Source: an uncultured Pelagibacteraceae bacterium (lineage in GTDB: Bacteria; Pseudomonadota; Alphaproteobacteria; Pelagibacterales; Pelagibacteraceae). From it: a DNA stretch of 64,000 nucleotides. Each line of letters begins with the position of its first letter. Positions within the stretch are counted from its first letter, which is position 1. Shown piece after piece: positions 41,431-51,446 of the stretch. The DNA lies in the NCBI GenBank assembly GCA_902591415.1, contig CACJAU010000003.1, positions 11,537-75,536 on the forward strand. The letters are read 5' to 3'. The notes under the pieces were generated by a model. That model saw nothing but the letters and a program-made list of their open reading frames with translations. It did no database searches and was not told the origin of the DNA. The translations under genes were made by a program, and so were the position numbers.

Positions 41431-41662
41431 TGTCTATTTTTTTATTTTCTATTTTTTTTTCTTTCGAAATATTATTATCTTCCTCAATATTAATATTTTC
41501 AGATACTGAATTTACCTCTCTTTGAAAATTGCTTAAAGTATTTTTTAATTTACCAAAATAAGACCCAATTTTTTTCAGTGCTATTGGAAATTCCTTTGGA
41601 CCTAAAACCAATATTGCAATAATTACTACTGCTAAAATCTCTAACCAACCAATTTGAGGCAT
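41423..41662 (-). CDS. tatB: Twin-arginine translocase TatB
   Basis: IGW.E..........GPKE.P; between tatA and tatC. Confidence 0.9.
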   Translation of the reverse strand: MPQIGWLEILAVVIIAILVLGPKEFPIALKKIGSYFGKLKNTLSNFQREVNSVSENINIEEDNNISKEKKIENKKIDNE

Positions 41663-41668
41663 ATTAGG

Positions 41669-41869
41669 TTATTTATTTTCAGAATTTGAGTTATCTGAAT
41701 TGTTATTGGAGGTATCTTTTTCTGAAGAGTTGTCATCTGACATCCCTTTTTTGAAGCTTTTTATTCCTTTCGCCAGGTCTCCCATTATACTAGAAATTTT
41801 ACCCTTGCCGAATAGTATCACAACCAAAATTGCGATTATAATTATTCCTGTCCATCCTATGTTTCCCAT
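41669..41869 (-). CDS. tatA: Twin-arginine translocase TatA
   Basis: TM helix + LFG.GK...[14 protein letters not shown]. Confidence 0.93.
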   Translation of the reverse strand: MGNIGWTGIIIIAILVVILFGKGKISSIMGDLAKGIKSFKKGMSDDNSSEKDTSNNNSDNSNSENK

Positions 41870-41909
41870 AATCGAATTATATACGATAATTTAGTTCAAA
41901 TAAACACGT

Positions 41910-42596
41910 TTATTTTTCTTCATCTGGTGCTTTTTTGATAGCCTCATCAATATCCTCATAAATGTTATTTTGTTTCTCATTCAATGATTGTTCCTTGAAA
42001 AATTTACCGGTTCCAAAAATTGATTTATCAATATTTGAAGTATCAATAAGACCGGCAGAACCTAATTCTTCAATGGTTGGTAAATCTGATAATTTCTGAA
42101 TATTAAAATGGTTTAAGAAATTTTCTGTTGTAGCGTACTGTATAGGTTTACCAGGTACATCTTTTCGTCCAGCTGGCCTTACCCAATTTAATTCTAAAAG
42201 AATTTCAAGAGTATTTGATGCAAAGGAGACACCTCGTATTTCCTCAATTTCAGATCTTGTTACTGGTTGATGGTAAACAATAATTGATAATGTTTCTATT
42301 GTAGCTTTAGATAATTTTTTTTGTGTTGATTTTTGCAGAGACATTAATTTTGATAGGTCGTCCGCAGTTCTAAAAGACCATTTATTTTTAATACAAACTA
42401 AATTAATCCCTCGGTTTTTATAAATTTCTTTAATATTTTCTAAAACTTTTTTAATATTAGTGCTTGTTTGAACTCTTTTTTCAATTGTCTCTATATCCAA
42501 AGGTTCTGAAGCTGCAAATAATATAGCTTCCACTTGTCTCTCTAATTTAGTTGGAGATGCAGGAAATTTGATAACATTTGTTTTTTTATTTGCCAT
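41910..42596 (-). CDS. scpB: SMC-Scp complex subunit ScpB
   Basis: EAILFAASEP, ETLSIIVY.QPVTR.EIEEIRGV, PG.P..Y.TT..FL. Confidence 0.95.
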   Translation of the reverse strand: MANKKTNVIKFPASPTKLERQVEAILFAASEPLDIETIEKRVQTSTNIKKVLENIKEIYKNRGINLVCIKNKWSFRTADDLSKLMSLQKSTQKKLSKATIETLSIIVYHQPVTRSEIEEIRGVSFASNTLEILLELNWVRPAGRKDVPGKPIQYATTENFLNHFNIQKLSDLPTIEELGSAGLIDTSNIDKSIFGTGKFFKEQSLNEKQNNIYEDIDEAIKKAPDEEK

Positions 42597-42597
42597 T

Positions 42598-43332
42598 TTA
42601 AGATTTCTTAATCATCAATTTATCAAAAATTTTATTTTGAGAAATTTTAACAATTCCCTCTTTTGTTAATTCTAAGCTTGCAGCAAAAATACCAGCTATA
42701 CCTGTTCTTTTCATTTTATTTTTAAGATAAAAATTAGGAATTAATTCTATGATGTTTTTCCAATCATGAATTTTGCCAAGATTATTCTTAATTTGTTTAA
42801 TACCTTCCTCGGTTGTATAAACCGGAAGTTTAGGAATCGTAATATTTTTAAAATTTTTTTGCATTTGAATTTCTGAATAAGATTTTAGTAATTCATATAA
42901 AGAAACGTCGTAAACAGGATTATTAATTGACCTTATTCCACCTTTCATACCCCGAGTAAAAATATGAACACCTAATCTTTTTTTTTGCAACATTTGATCA
43001 GATAAAATTCTTATTAACTCTAATTTTTTCAGTTGTAATTTTAATTTCTCTGCAACCTCTAAAGCTTGAAAATCATCCTCATTGTCTTCTGGGAGAAGTA
43101 ACTTTGATTTCAAATAAGCTAACCATGTAGCCATCAATAAATATTCTGAAGCTGTCTCTAAATTTAAATCTTTTTTTTTTTTTATAAATTCTAAAAATTG
43201 ATCAGCAAGTTTTGTTATAGAAATTTCAGCTAAATCTACTTTTTGAGATTTTGCCAGATCTAATAAAACTTCAAGTGGCCCGCTATAATTTGGTATATTT
43301 ATTGATATTTGATTAGTGTTATTTGATTCCAT
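42598..43332 (-). CDS. scpA: SMC-Scp complex subunit ScpA
   Basis: YSGPLEVLL.L, YLLMA.WLAYLKSKLLLP, FAASLEL. Confidence 0.93.
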   Translation of the reverse strand: MESNNTNQISINIPNYSGPLEVLLDLAKSQKVDLAEISITKLADQFLEFIKKKKDLNLETASEYLLMATWLAYLKSKLLLPEDNEDDFQALEVAEKLKLQLKKLELIRILSDQMLQKKRLGVHIFTRGMKGGIRSINNPVYDVSLYELLKSYSEIQMQKNFKNITIPKLPVYTTEEGIKQIKNNLGKIHDWKNIIELIPNFYLKNKMKRTGIAGIFAASLELTKEGIVKISQNKIFDKLMIKKS

Positions 43333-43340
43333 AGATAATT

Positions 43341-44285
43341 TTACCTTAAAATTTTAAAAATTTCTGATGTTTTTTTTGCAGTAAATTTATCAATGTATGG
43401 TGCAAATTTAATCAATTTAAAGTTGTCTTTAATATTTCCAGCACAGTATAAAACCAAATTACAACCTGCCTTTAACGAATATTTTGCATTTGTTTTTAAA
43501 TCGTATTTTAAGGCTTTCATGGAAATATCATCAGACATCAAAATACCTTTAAAGCCTATTTTTTTTCTAATAATTTTTTTAATGATAATTTTAGAAAAAG
43601 TTGCAACGTTTTTTGAGTCGATTTGCTTATACAATATATGGGCTGTCATTGCTAATTTGGCCGAGGTCGACTTAAATGGGTAAAAATCAATATTATTCAA
43701 TTTTTTCAAATTTAAATCCACTTTTGGTAATCTTAAATGACTATCTGTACTTGAACATCCATGACCCGGAATATGTTTTATTACAGATACAATTTTGTTT
43801 TTATGACACTCATTAATTGTAATATCACCTAATTTTTTAACAATATCTTTATTATTTGAAAAACTTCTTCTGCCTATAACTTTATTTGTATTTTTTCTTA
43901 ATATATCAAGAACTGGAATAGTATTAAAATTAATACCTATATTTTTTAATTGATTGCACAAATATTTTAAATAGTTTTTATACAAAGAGATAGATATTGA
44001 TTTGTCTATTTTATAAATATCTCCAAAAAAATTGGCATCAAAATTATGTGAAATAATTTTTTTAAGTCTTGAAACTGTGTGACCTTCTTCGTCAATTAAA
44101 ATAGGAAATTTATTGGTTTTAGCAAATTTTTTTATATTTTTAATCAATTTTTTAATTTGATTTAAAGATCTTATATTTCTTTGAAATAATATTATACCCC
44201 AAGGTTTTTCTTTAGATATAAGCAATTTTTCCTTACTGGTTAAGCTGTATCCTTTTATACTAATTATTATTGCTTTTCTTTTCAT
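43341..44285 (-). CDS. nagZ: Beta-N-acetylhexosaminidase (GH3)
   Basis: GIILFQRN, DEEG..V.R, KHIPGHG....DSH, MTAH, SDDISM. Confidence 0.92.
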   Translation of the reverse strand: MKRKAIIISIKGYSLTSKEKLLISKEKPWGIILFQRNIRSLNQIKKLIKNIKKFAKTNKFPILIDEEGHTVSRLKKIISHNFDANFFGDIYKIDKSISISLYKNYLKYLCNQLKNIGINFNTIPVLDILRKNTNKVIGRRSFSNNKDIVKKLGDITINECHKNKIVSVIKHIPGHGCSSTDSHLRLPKVDLNLKKLNNIDFYPFKSTSAKLAMTAHILYKQIDSKNVATFSKIIIKKIIRKKIGFKGILMSDDISMKALKYDLKTNAKYSLKAGCNLVLYCAGNIKDNFKLIKFAPYIDKFTAKKTSEIFKILR

Positions 44286-44545
44286 TTAGATTTTAATAAA
44301 TTCCAAAAGCTTCTTGGTTTATCATTTTTTATGTTATTAGAATAGCCATCGTTAAATTCAATCACATTATCAGTATCATTATTTAGAATTGGTAAATTTG
44401 TAATCTTTTTATCTATGATCTGATCAATATTACTTCGATTATATTCTTTTTCTATAATATTTTTATTCGACGAATAATATTTATAAGTACTTAAAAAAAA
44501 AATTATAATTAAAATAAAGAAAAATATATTTAATATTTTTTTCAT
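44282..44545 (-). CDS. Small bitopic hypothetical protein at the argS-nagZ position
   Basis: N-terminal TM segment; overlaps both neighbouring genes. Confidence 0.7.
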   Translation of the reverse strand: MKKILNIFFFILIIIFFLSTYKYYSSNKNIIEKEYNRSNIDQIIDKKITNLPILNNDTDNVIEFNDGYSNNIKNDKPRSFWNLLKSK

Positions 44546-46269
44546 TACATTTTTTCTGGAAGTGACACACCTAAAATATTCATCCCATTTTGTAGAACTA
44601 TAGCTACAAGATTAAAAATTACTAAAATTTCTTTTCTTTTGATTTTACTATTTTCTATAAATTTATAGTTTTTATCCTCGTTACCCTTACTCCAATAAGA
44701 GTGAAACAAAGTAGATAGCTCATACAAATAAAACGGAATTTTATGTATATCGAATTTTCTAGATGAAGACTCTATTATTTTGGGCCACTCAAAAACTTTT
44801 CTTACAATTTTCTTTTCTGATTTATTTAAATTAAAACTATTTTTTTCTAATTCTAGTTTCTGAAATAATTTTAAATTAAGTGATCTTAAAACTGAGTTAA
44901 TTCTTGCATATGCATATTGAACATAAAATACAGGATTGTCTTTTGACTTTTCTTTAACTTTATCAAAATCAAAATCTAATTCAACATCATTACTTCTATT
45001 AAGCATCATAAACCTAATTGAGTCTTTATCTACTTCCTTAAGTAGATCCTGAACTGAAATAAATTCCCCTGCTCTTTTTGACATTTTGTAGGGTTCTCCA
45101 CTTTTAAAAAGTTTTACTAATTGGCAAACTTTACAATTTAATTTTACTTTATCTTTTGATAAAGCTGATACAGCAGCAGTAATCCTTTTAATATAACCTG
45201 TATGATCTGCGCCTAATATATTAACTAAATTTGTATAATTTCTACTAACTTTGTTCATGTGATAAGCAACATCATTTGCAAAATAAGTCCAAGTTCCATC
45301 ATCTTTTTGGAGAGCCCTATCATTATCATCACCAAATAAAGTTGATTTGAAAATTAATCTTTTTGTTTTTTTCCAATTATCATCAGTCTCCCCTTTGGGA
45401 CGCTTTAAATAGCCTTCAATGACATAATTTTTATCTTTAAGGTCTTGAACTGCTTTATCGACTAAATCTTTTTCAACAATTTCAGTTTCAGAAAAAAAAT
45501 TATCATGTAAAATCCCTAATTGTTTTAAATCTTTTTTTATCAATTCCATAGAAGCTTCTAGTGATTTTTTTTTCAAAAACTGAAAATTTTTTTTTAAATC
45601 TTTAAAGATTATTGTCTTATTTTCTTCAATAATTTTTTTAGCAATATCCTTAATATAAAGACCCGGGTAAAGATTTTCTTTTTTTGGAAATGGTTTTTTT
45701 GAGTTAATTTCTTCAATTCTAAGATAAACTGATTCAACAAAATTATATATCTGATTTCCGTAATCATTAATGTAATATTCTTTTGTTACTTTATTTCCAT
45801 TGAACTTTAATAAATTAGATAAAACATCGCCATACACAGCTCCTCTACAATGACCTATGTGCATAGGCCCAGTTGGGTTTGCTGAAACAAATTCAATATT
45901 AAAATTTTCACTTGTTTTATTTGATCCATAAGTTTTATTATTTTTTAAAATAGAATTTATATTTTTTATTAAGGCTAGATTTGAGAGTTTTATATTTAAA
46001 AAGCCAGGACCGGCTATTTGTATTTCAGAAAAACTACTTATTTCGTTTAAAAAAATTTTCTTTATTTTTTCTGCTAAATCTTTTGGATTTAAACTATTTA
46101 ATTTTCCAAGCACCATTGCAACATTGCAAGATAAATCAAAATCAAATTTTTCAGGAGGAACTTCAAGATTAATTTTATTTAAATTGTCAATATTTTCTAA
46201 TTCTAAGGAATCTTTATTCTTTAAAATTAGACTCTGAATTTCTTGTAAATGGTATTCAAATATATTCAT
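44545..46269 (-). CDS. argS: Arginine--tRNA ligase
   Basis: EFVSANPTGPMHIGH, GADH.GY, KMSKRAG, YVQYAYARI. Confidence 0.97.
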   Translation of the reverse strand: MNIFEYHLQEIQSLILKNKDSLELENIDNLNKINLEVPPEKFDFDLSCNVAMVLGKLNSLNPKDLAEKIKKIFLNEISSFSEIQIAGPGFLNIKLSNLALIKNINSILKNNKTYGSNKTSENFNIEFVSANPTGPMHIGHCRGAVYGDVLSNLLKFNGNKVTKEYYINDYGNQIYNFVESVYLRIEEINSKKPFPKKENLYPGLYIKDIAKKIIEENKTIIFKDLKKNFQFLKKKSLEASMELIKKDLKQLGILHDNFFSETEIVEKDLVDKAVQDLKDKNYVIEGYLKRPKGETDDNWKKTKRLIFKSTLFGDDNDRALQKDDGTWTYFANDVAYHMNKVSRNYTNLVNILGADHTGYIKRITAAVSALSKDKVKLNCKVCQLVKLFKSGEPYKMSKRAGEFISVQDLLKEVDKDSIRFMMLNRSNDVELDFDFDKVKEKSKDNPVFYVQYAYARINSVLRSLNLKLFQKLELEKNSFNLNKSEKKIVRKVFEWPKIIESSSRKFDIHKIPFYLYELSTLFHSYWSKGNEDKNYKFIENSKIKRKEILVIFNLVAIVLQNGMNILGVSLPEKM

Positions 46270-47405
46270 TTTATACTGTTATACAGATTTATTGCATATC
46301 TATCAGTCATACCAGCTATAAAATCACAAATTATACGTTCTGTATTCAAGTTACTATATTTTTTTATGTTTATATATTGTTTTGGGTTTCTTTTTATTTT
46401 TGCAAACAATTGAGTAATAACTTTTCTACCATAATTAGTTTTTGAGTTGACTTTGCTATGAAAATACATTTTTTGTCTTAAAAATAATTTTATTTCTTTG
46501 TCAAATAATTGCATTTTATGAGAAAAAGATACTAATTGATTTTTATTTTTATAAATGTCACTTAGATATTTAATTTTATAAAAACTTATATTTTTTTTCG
46601 TTGTTTCAATTACATCTTTTACCATCACATTAATAATTTCTCTTATTATTTGTCGTATAACTAAATCGATAGAATAACTTTTTAATTTTTTTTTATGTTT
46701 AATTAAAATTTTATTAAGTATAGGTATATCTTTCAAATCGTCTAAATTAAACAAATTAGATTTTAAACCGTCTTCAAGATCGTGACTATTATATGCTATA
46801 TCATCAGAAATAGAGGCGATCTGGGCCTCTAAAGACGAGTTTAAAGAAAAATTAATTTTTTTTTTAAAAAAATTTTTACCTAAAATTTTATTTAATTTTG
46901 TTTTATCTTTAATAGGACCATTATGTTTTATTAAACCATCGAGTGTTTCAAAAGAGAGATTTAGTCCTCTAAAATTATAATACCTATTTTCTAAAATAGT
47001 TATAATTCGTAATGTTTGTATATTGTGATCAAATCCTCCGTAATTTTTCATACAATCATCAAGAGCTTCCTCCCCGGCGTGCCCAAATGGAGTATGGCCT
47101 AGGTCATGTGCTAAACTTAAAGTTTCAGACAAATCCTCATTTAAATTGAAATATTTGGAGAGCGTTCTAGCTATTTGAGACACTTCAAGAGAATGTGTAA
47201 TTCTTGTTCGGAAGTGATCACCAGATGTATTAACAAAAACTTGGGTCTTGTGCTTCAATCTTCTAAATGCAGTAGAATGTATAATTCTATCCCTATCTCG
47301 TTGAAAATCATTCCTTAAATCGTTTTTTTTTTCCTTATAAAATCTTCCTTTAGATACTAAGGGAACGGCTAAATCAGATATTTTTACAATTGATTTTTTT
47401 TGCAT
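46266..47405 (-). CDS. dgt: dGTP triphosphohydrolase (HD family)
   Basis: FQRDRDRIIHS.AFRRL..KTQVF, HDLGHTPFGH, DDIAY, DFIAGMTD. Confidence 0.93.
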   Translation of the reverse strand: MQKKSIVKISDLAVPLVSKGRFYKEKKNDLRNDFQRDRDRIIHSTAFRRLKHKTQVFVNTSGDHFRTRITHSLEVSQIARTLSKYFNLNEDLSETLSLAHDLGHTPFGHAGEEALDDCMKNYGGFDHNIQTLRIITILENRYYNFRGLNLSFETLDGLIKHNGPIKDKTKLNKILGKNFFKKKINFSLNSSLEAQIASISDDIAYNSHDLEDGLKSNLFNLDDLKDIPILNKILIKHKKKLKSYSIDLVIRQIIREIINVMVKDVIETTKKNISFYKIKYLSDIYKNKNQLVSFSHKMQLFDKEIKLFLRQKMYFHSKVNSKTNYGRKVITQLFAKIKRNPKQYINIKKYSNLNTERIICDFIAGMTDRYAINLYNSIK

Positions 47406-47442
47406 GCTTACTACATAGATTATATACTAGTATATATCGTTT

Positions 47443-47757
47443 ATGGAAAAGAAATTAAATTTCACTGATCAAGCCTTAAATCAAATAAATTTGATAACTA
47501 AAGGCAATGAAAAAAAATATTTTAGAATCACTGTTCAAGGCGGTGGATGCTCTGGTTTTAAATATAATTTTGGTTTTGACTCAAAATCTAATGGTGATGA
47601 TATAATATTTGGAAAAGTAATTATTGATAAATCCTCGCTTGATATAATTTCAGGCTCAGTGGTTGATTTTAAAAAAGAGATGATTGGAGAGTCGTTTGTG
47701 ATAGACAATCCTAAAGCCACTGCATCATGCGGTTGCGGTCTCTCTTTTTCTGTTTAA
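47443..47757 (+). CDS. erpA: A-type Fe-S carrier (ErpA/IscA, HesB family)
   Basis: GGGCSGFKY, NP.A.ASCGCG.SF. Confidence 0.9.
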   Translation: MEKKLNFTDQALNQINLITKGNEKKYFRITVQGGGCSGFKYNFGFDSKSNGDDIIFGKVIIDKSSLDIISGSVVDFKKEMIGESFVIDNPKATASCGCGLSFSV

Positions 47758-48533
47758 TGAAAATTATATCTTGGAACGTCAACTCCGTGAGGGCAAGATT
47801 AGAAAATATTAAAAATTATATTAAAGACTCTTCTCCTGATGTGCTCTTGTTGCAGGAAATTAAAACACAAAATGAAAATTTTCCCAATGATGAGTTTAAG
47901 AAATTAGGTTACATATCATATGTGTTTGGTCAAAAAAGCTACAATGGTGTTGCAATCATTTCTAAATGTGCGTTAAATAATATCAATAATAGTTTTATAA
48001 AAGATGATTTGAAACAATCACGAGTTATCACTGCAGAATTAAAATTGAAAACAAAAACGATAGAAATGATAAATATTTATGTTCCTAATGGAAATCCTGT
48101 AGATACTGAAAAATATGAATATAAGAAAGAATGGTTAAAAAGATTTATAAATAATATTAAAAAAAAAGTTCAGAAAAATTTAAATATTCTTATCGCTGGA
48201 GATTTTAATATTATACCTGAAGAAATTGATGTTCACGATTTCAAAAGATATGAAAATGATGCTTTAGGTAGATTGGAAATTAGAAAAAAATATAGAGAAC
48301 TTATTAATTTGGGTTTTAAAGATGTCTATCGTTTAAAAAATAAAGCAAAACAAGAGTATACTTTTTGGGACTATTTTGCTGGATCATGGCAGAAAAACTT
48401 TGGTATGAGAATAGACCATTTTTTACTTTCAAATAGTTTAATTGAAAATATAAAATCTATTAAAATAAATAAAAAACCAAGATCTAAAGAAAAACCTTCT
48501 GATCACACACCTATCGAACTGGAAATTATTTAA
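47757..48533 (+). CDS. xthA: Exodeoxyribonuclease III
   Basis: SWNVNS, LQEIK, YNGVA, YVPNG, GDFN, RIDH, SDH.P; ATG at 47757 overlaps erpA stop. Confidence 0.95.
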   Translation: MKIISWNVNSVRARLENIKNYIKDSSPDVLLLQEIKTQNENFPNDEFKKLGYISYVFGQKSYNGVAIISKCALNNINNSFIKDDLKQSRVITAELKLKTKTIEMINIYVPNGNPVDTEKYEYKKEWLKRFINNIKKKVQKNLNILIAGDFNIIPEEIDVHDFKRYENDALGRLEIRKKYRELINLGFKDVYRLKNKAKQEYTFWDYFAGSWQKNFGMRIDHFLLSNSLIENIKSIKINKKPRSKEKPSDHTPIELEII

Positions 48534-49728
48534 TTCTACCATATATATCTTGATATCTAACAATATCTGATTCTTTTAAAATCGTACCTAATTGAGCCTC
48601 AATGATCTTCACTGGTTTTGAATATGGATTTTCAATTCTGTGAATAGATTTTACAGGAATAAAAATAGTTTCATTGGGTTTCAAAATAAAATTTTTTTTA
48701 TTTAACGTAATTTTTGGAGTTCCTTGAGTTACAACCCAATGTTCAGAACGATGAAAATGTTTTTGAAGACTTAAAACTCCTTTAGGTTTTACATAAAGTT
48801 CCTTAATTAAAAAATTTTTACCATAATACAAGTTTGTATACCTGCCCCAAGGTCTGTAAAAAATGTTTTTCTTTTTTTGATATTCAGCCTTTAATTTACC
48901 ATAGACTTTACAAATTTCTTTCCAACTACCTAGATCAGACCAAGGTATATTTAAGTTTATAGAATTAATGTCTTTTGATTTTTCCAAAATTGCGTAATCA
49001 AAGGAAATTGTCTTGCATTTTAAAAAGTGATTTTTATTAAGATAGTAAATATTATTTTTAATTTTTGATTTATTTACAGAATTTAAGCAATGATTAAAGC
49101 TTACGTTTTGGTACTTTTTGAAATTATAAATTATTGATTTTTTTGTTAAAAAAAACATTCCTGAATTCCAATAAGCATTTTTTTTAATAATTTTTTTTGC
49201 CTTTTCTAAATTTGGTTTTTCAATAAATTTTATAACCTTGTATTTATTTTTCATTCGTTTTGATAAAAAATAACCAAATTCAGATGAAGGGTTGGAGGGT
49301 TTAATGCCAAATATAAAGATATTTTTATCCGTCAAGTATTTTTGATGTTGTTTAATAGATTTATTAAACAAGTTTGTTTTCTCAATTAAATGATCTGAAG
49401 TTAAAAAAATTAAGGGTTGGTTTTCAGGTATTTCTTTTATTAATACTGAACTAAGTATAGCAGGAGCGGTATTTCTTTTTGCTGGTTCAAGAATAATTTT
49501 ATATTTCTTAAAACCTTTTAATCTTAAATGTTTTTTAATTTCATTTATATATTTTTTATTGGTACTTATTATTGGATAATCAAATATCGAATTTTTTATC
49601 CTCTCTAAAGTTTTTCCAAATAACGTCCAATTTCCAAAATCGATAAACTGCTTTGGTTGATGATGTTTTTGATTAGACCAAAGTCTTGTACCAGAACCGC
49701 CACACAAAATTACCGGACGTATTTTCAT
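48526..49728 (-). CDS. manC: Mannose-1-phosphate guanylyltransferase / mannose-6-phosphate isomerase (shortened)
   Basis: ILCGGSGTRLW, PKQF, EP..RNTAPA, FIEKP, WNSG.F, WSDLGSW, RPWG, SLQKH.HRSEHW cupin. Confidence 0.88.
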   Translation of the reverse strand: MKIRPVILCGGSGTRLWSNQKHHQPKQFIDFGNWTLFGKTLERIKNSIFDYPIISTNKKYINEIKKHLRLKGFKKYKIILEPAKRNTAPAILSSVLIKEIPENQPLIFLTSDHLIEKTNLFNKSIKQHQKYLTDKNIFIFGIKPSNPSSEFGYFLSKRMKNKYKVIKFIEKPNLEKAKKIIKKNAYWNSGMFFLTKKSIIYNFKKYQNVSFNHCLNSVNKSKIKNNIYYLNKNHFLKCKTISFDYAILEKSKDINSINLNIPWSDLGSWKEICKVYGKLKAEYQKKKNIFYRPWGRYTNLYYGKNFLIKELYVKPKGVLSLQKHFHRSEHWVVTQGTPKITLNKKNFILKPNETIFIPVKSIHRIENPYSKPVKIIEAQLGTILKESDIVRYQDIYGRIK

Positions 49729-51446
49729 TAGATTTTTGAATATTCTTTAACTTCTTTTTTCTTACCTGGATGTGTTGGAGCACCAAGATAAGCAGGTCCT
49801 ACTGTTTGAGCATATTTCCAAATTGTTCCAGATCCAAAACTAGATTTTTTTTCTTTCCACTTTTTTCTTCTTGCTTTTAATTGTGCGCCAGTAAGCCTAA
49901 CATTAATTGATCCTTTTTTTGCGTCTATATCTATTACATCCCCATTTTTAAGAAGTGCAATTGGGCCACCCATTGCAGCTTCTGGACCAACGTGGCCAAC
50001 ACAGAAACCCCTAGTGGCTCCTGAAAACCTTCCATCAGTTATAAGTGCAACTTTTTCACCTTTGCCTTGTCCATAAATAGCTCCAGTTGTTGAAAGCATT
50101 TCTCTCATTCCTGGTCCGCCTTTTGGACCTTCGTATCTGATTATAATTACATCACCGTCCTTATATTTTTTTGTCTGTACTGCTTTCATGGCATCTTCTT
50201 CATTATCAAAACATCTAGCTTTACCTGTAAACTGTAATTTTTTTAGTCCTGCAATTTTTACGATTGCTCCGTCTGGAGCTAAATTACCTTTTAATCCAAC
50301 AACTCCTCCATCTGGAGAAAGTGGATTGTTATATTCTCTTAAAACTTTTTGATTAGTATTAAACTTAACGTTAGTTAAATTTTCTTCCATAGTTTTACCT
50401 GTAACTGTCATACACTCGCCATGAATATAACCTCCGTCAAATAAAGTTTTTAATAACATAGGAACACCGCCGGCTTCCCACATATCTTTTGCAACGTATT
50501 TTCCTCCAGGTTTTAAATCAGCTAGGTAAGGAGTTTTTTTAAATATTTTTGCAACGTCCATTAAATCAAATTTTACTCCTATCTCATTAGCTAGAGCAGG
50601 CAAATGAAGAGCAGCATTAGTGGAGCCTCCAGTTGCAGCCACAATTGTTGCAGCGTTTTCTAAAGATTTTTTAGTTACTATTTCTCTTGGTTTAATTTTT
50701 TTTTCTAATAAATTCATAACCGCTTGACCACTTTCATAAGCATATTTATCTCTTTCCTCATAAGGGGCTGGCGTTCCAGCTGAATAAGGTAAAGCCAACC
50801 CTATCGCTTCAGATACACAAGCCATTGTATTAGCTGTAAATTGACCTCCACAAGCTCCAGCACTTGGACATGCTACTAATTCTAATTCTCTTAATTCTTC
50901 AGAGGACATTTTGCCTGAGGAATGTTTGCCTACTGCTTCAAAAACATCTACAACAGTGACATCTTTTCCTCTAAATTTTCCTGGCAAGATTGATCCACCG
51001 TAAATAAACACACTAGGTACATTCAATCTTAACATAGACATCATCAAGCCTGGAAGAGATTTATCGCATCCAGCGATACCAACTAGTGCATCATAACAGT
51101 GTCCTCTCACTGTCAGTTCTGCTGAGTCAGCTATAACTTCTCTGGAAATTAACGAAGATTTCATTCCTTCATGGCCCATGGCAATACCATCTGTTACAGT
51201 TATTGTACAAAATTCTCTTGGTGTTCCACCAAATTCTTTTACTCCTTTTTTAACTGACTGTGCCTGTCGCATTAAAGCTGTATTGCAAGGTGCAGCTTCA
51301 TTCCAAGTGGATACTACTCCCACAAAAGGCTTTGCCACATCTTGTTCAGTTTCTCCCATTGCATAATAAAAAGATCTATGTGGAGCTCTATCTGGGCCTA
51401 AAGAAGTATGACGACTGGGTAGTTTTTTTTTATCAATTTTAGACAT
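49728..51446 (-). CDS. ilvD: Dihydroxy-acid dehydratase
   Basis: [43 protein letters not shown]. Confidence 0.95.
   Translation of the reverse strand: MSKIDKKKLPSRHTSLGPDRAPHRSFYYAMGETEQDVAKPFVGVVSTWNEAAPCNTALMRQAQSVKKGVKEFGGTPREFCTITVTDGIAMGHEGMKSSLISREVIADSAELTVRGHCYDALVGIAGCDKSLPGLMMSMLRLNVPSVFIYGGSILPGKFRGKDVTVVDVFEAVGKHSSGKMSSEELRELELVACPSAGACGGQFTANTMACVSEAIGLALPYSAGTPAPYEERDKYAYESGQAVMNLLEKKIKPREIVTKKSLENAATIVAATGGSTNAALHLPALANEIGVKFDLMDVAKIFKKTPYLADLKPGGKYVAKDMWEAGGVPMLLKTLFDGGYIHGECMTVTGKTMEENLTNVKFNTNQKVLREYNNPLSPDGGVVGLKGNLAPDGAIVKIAGLKKLQFTGKARCFDNEEDAMKAVQTKKYKDGDVIIIRYEGPKGGPGMREMLSTTGAIYGQGKGEKVALITDGRFSGATRGFCVGHVGPEAAMGGPIALLKNGDVIDIDAKKGSINVRLTGAQLKARRKKWKEKKSSFGSGTIWKYAQTVGPAYLGAPTHPGKKKEVKEYSKI

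Noticed and set aside
47727-47756. N-terminal extension of xthA given by the ORF track
   Set aside because: It overlaps the erpA C-terminus; the family N-terminus MKIISWNVNS starts at 47757
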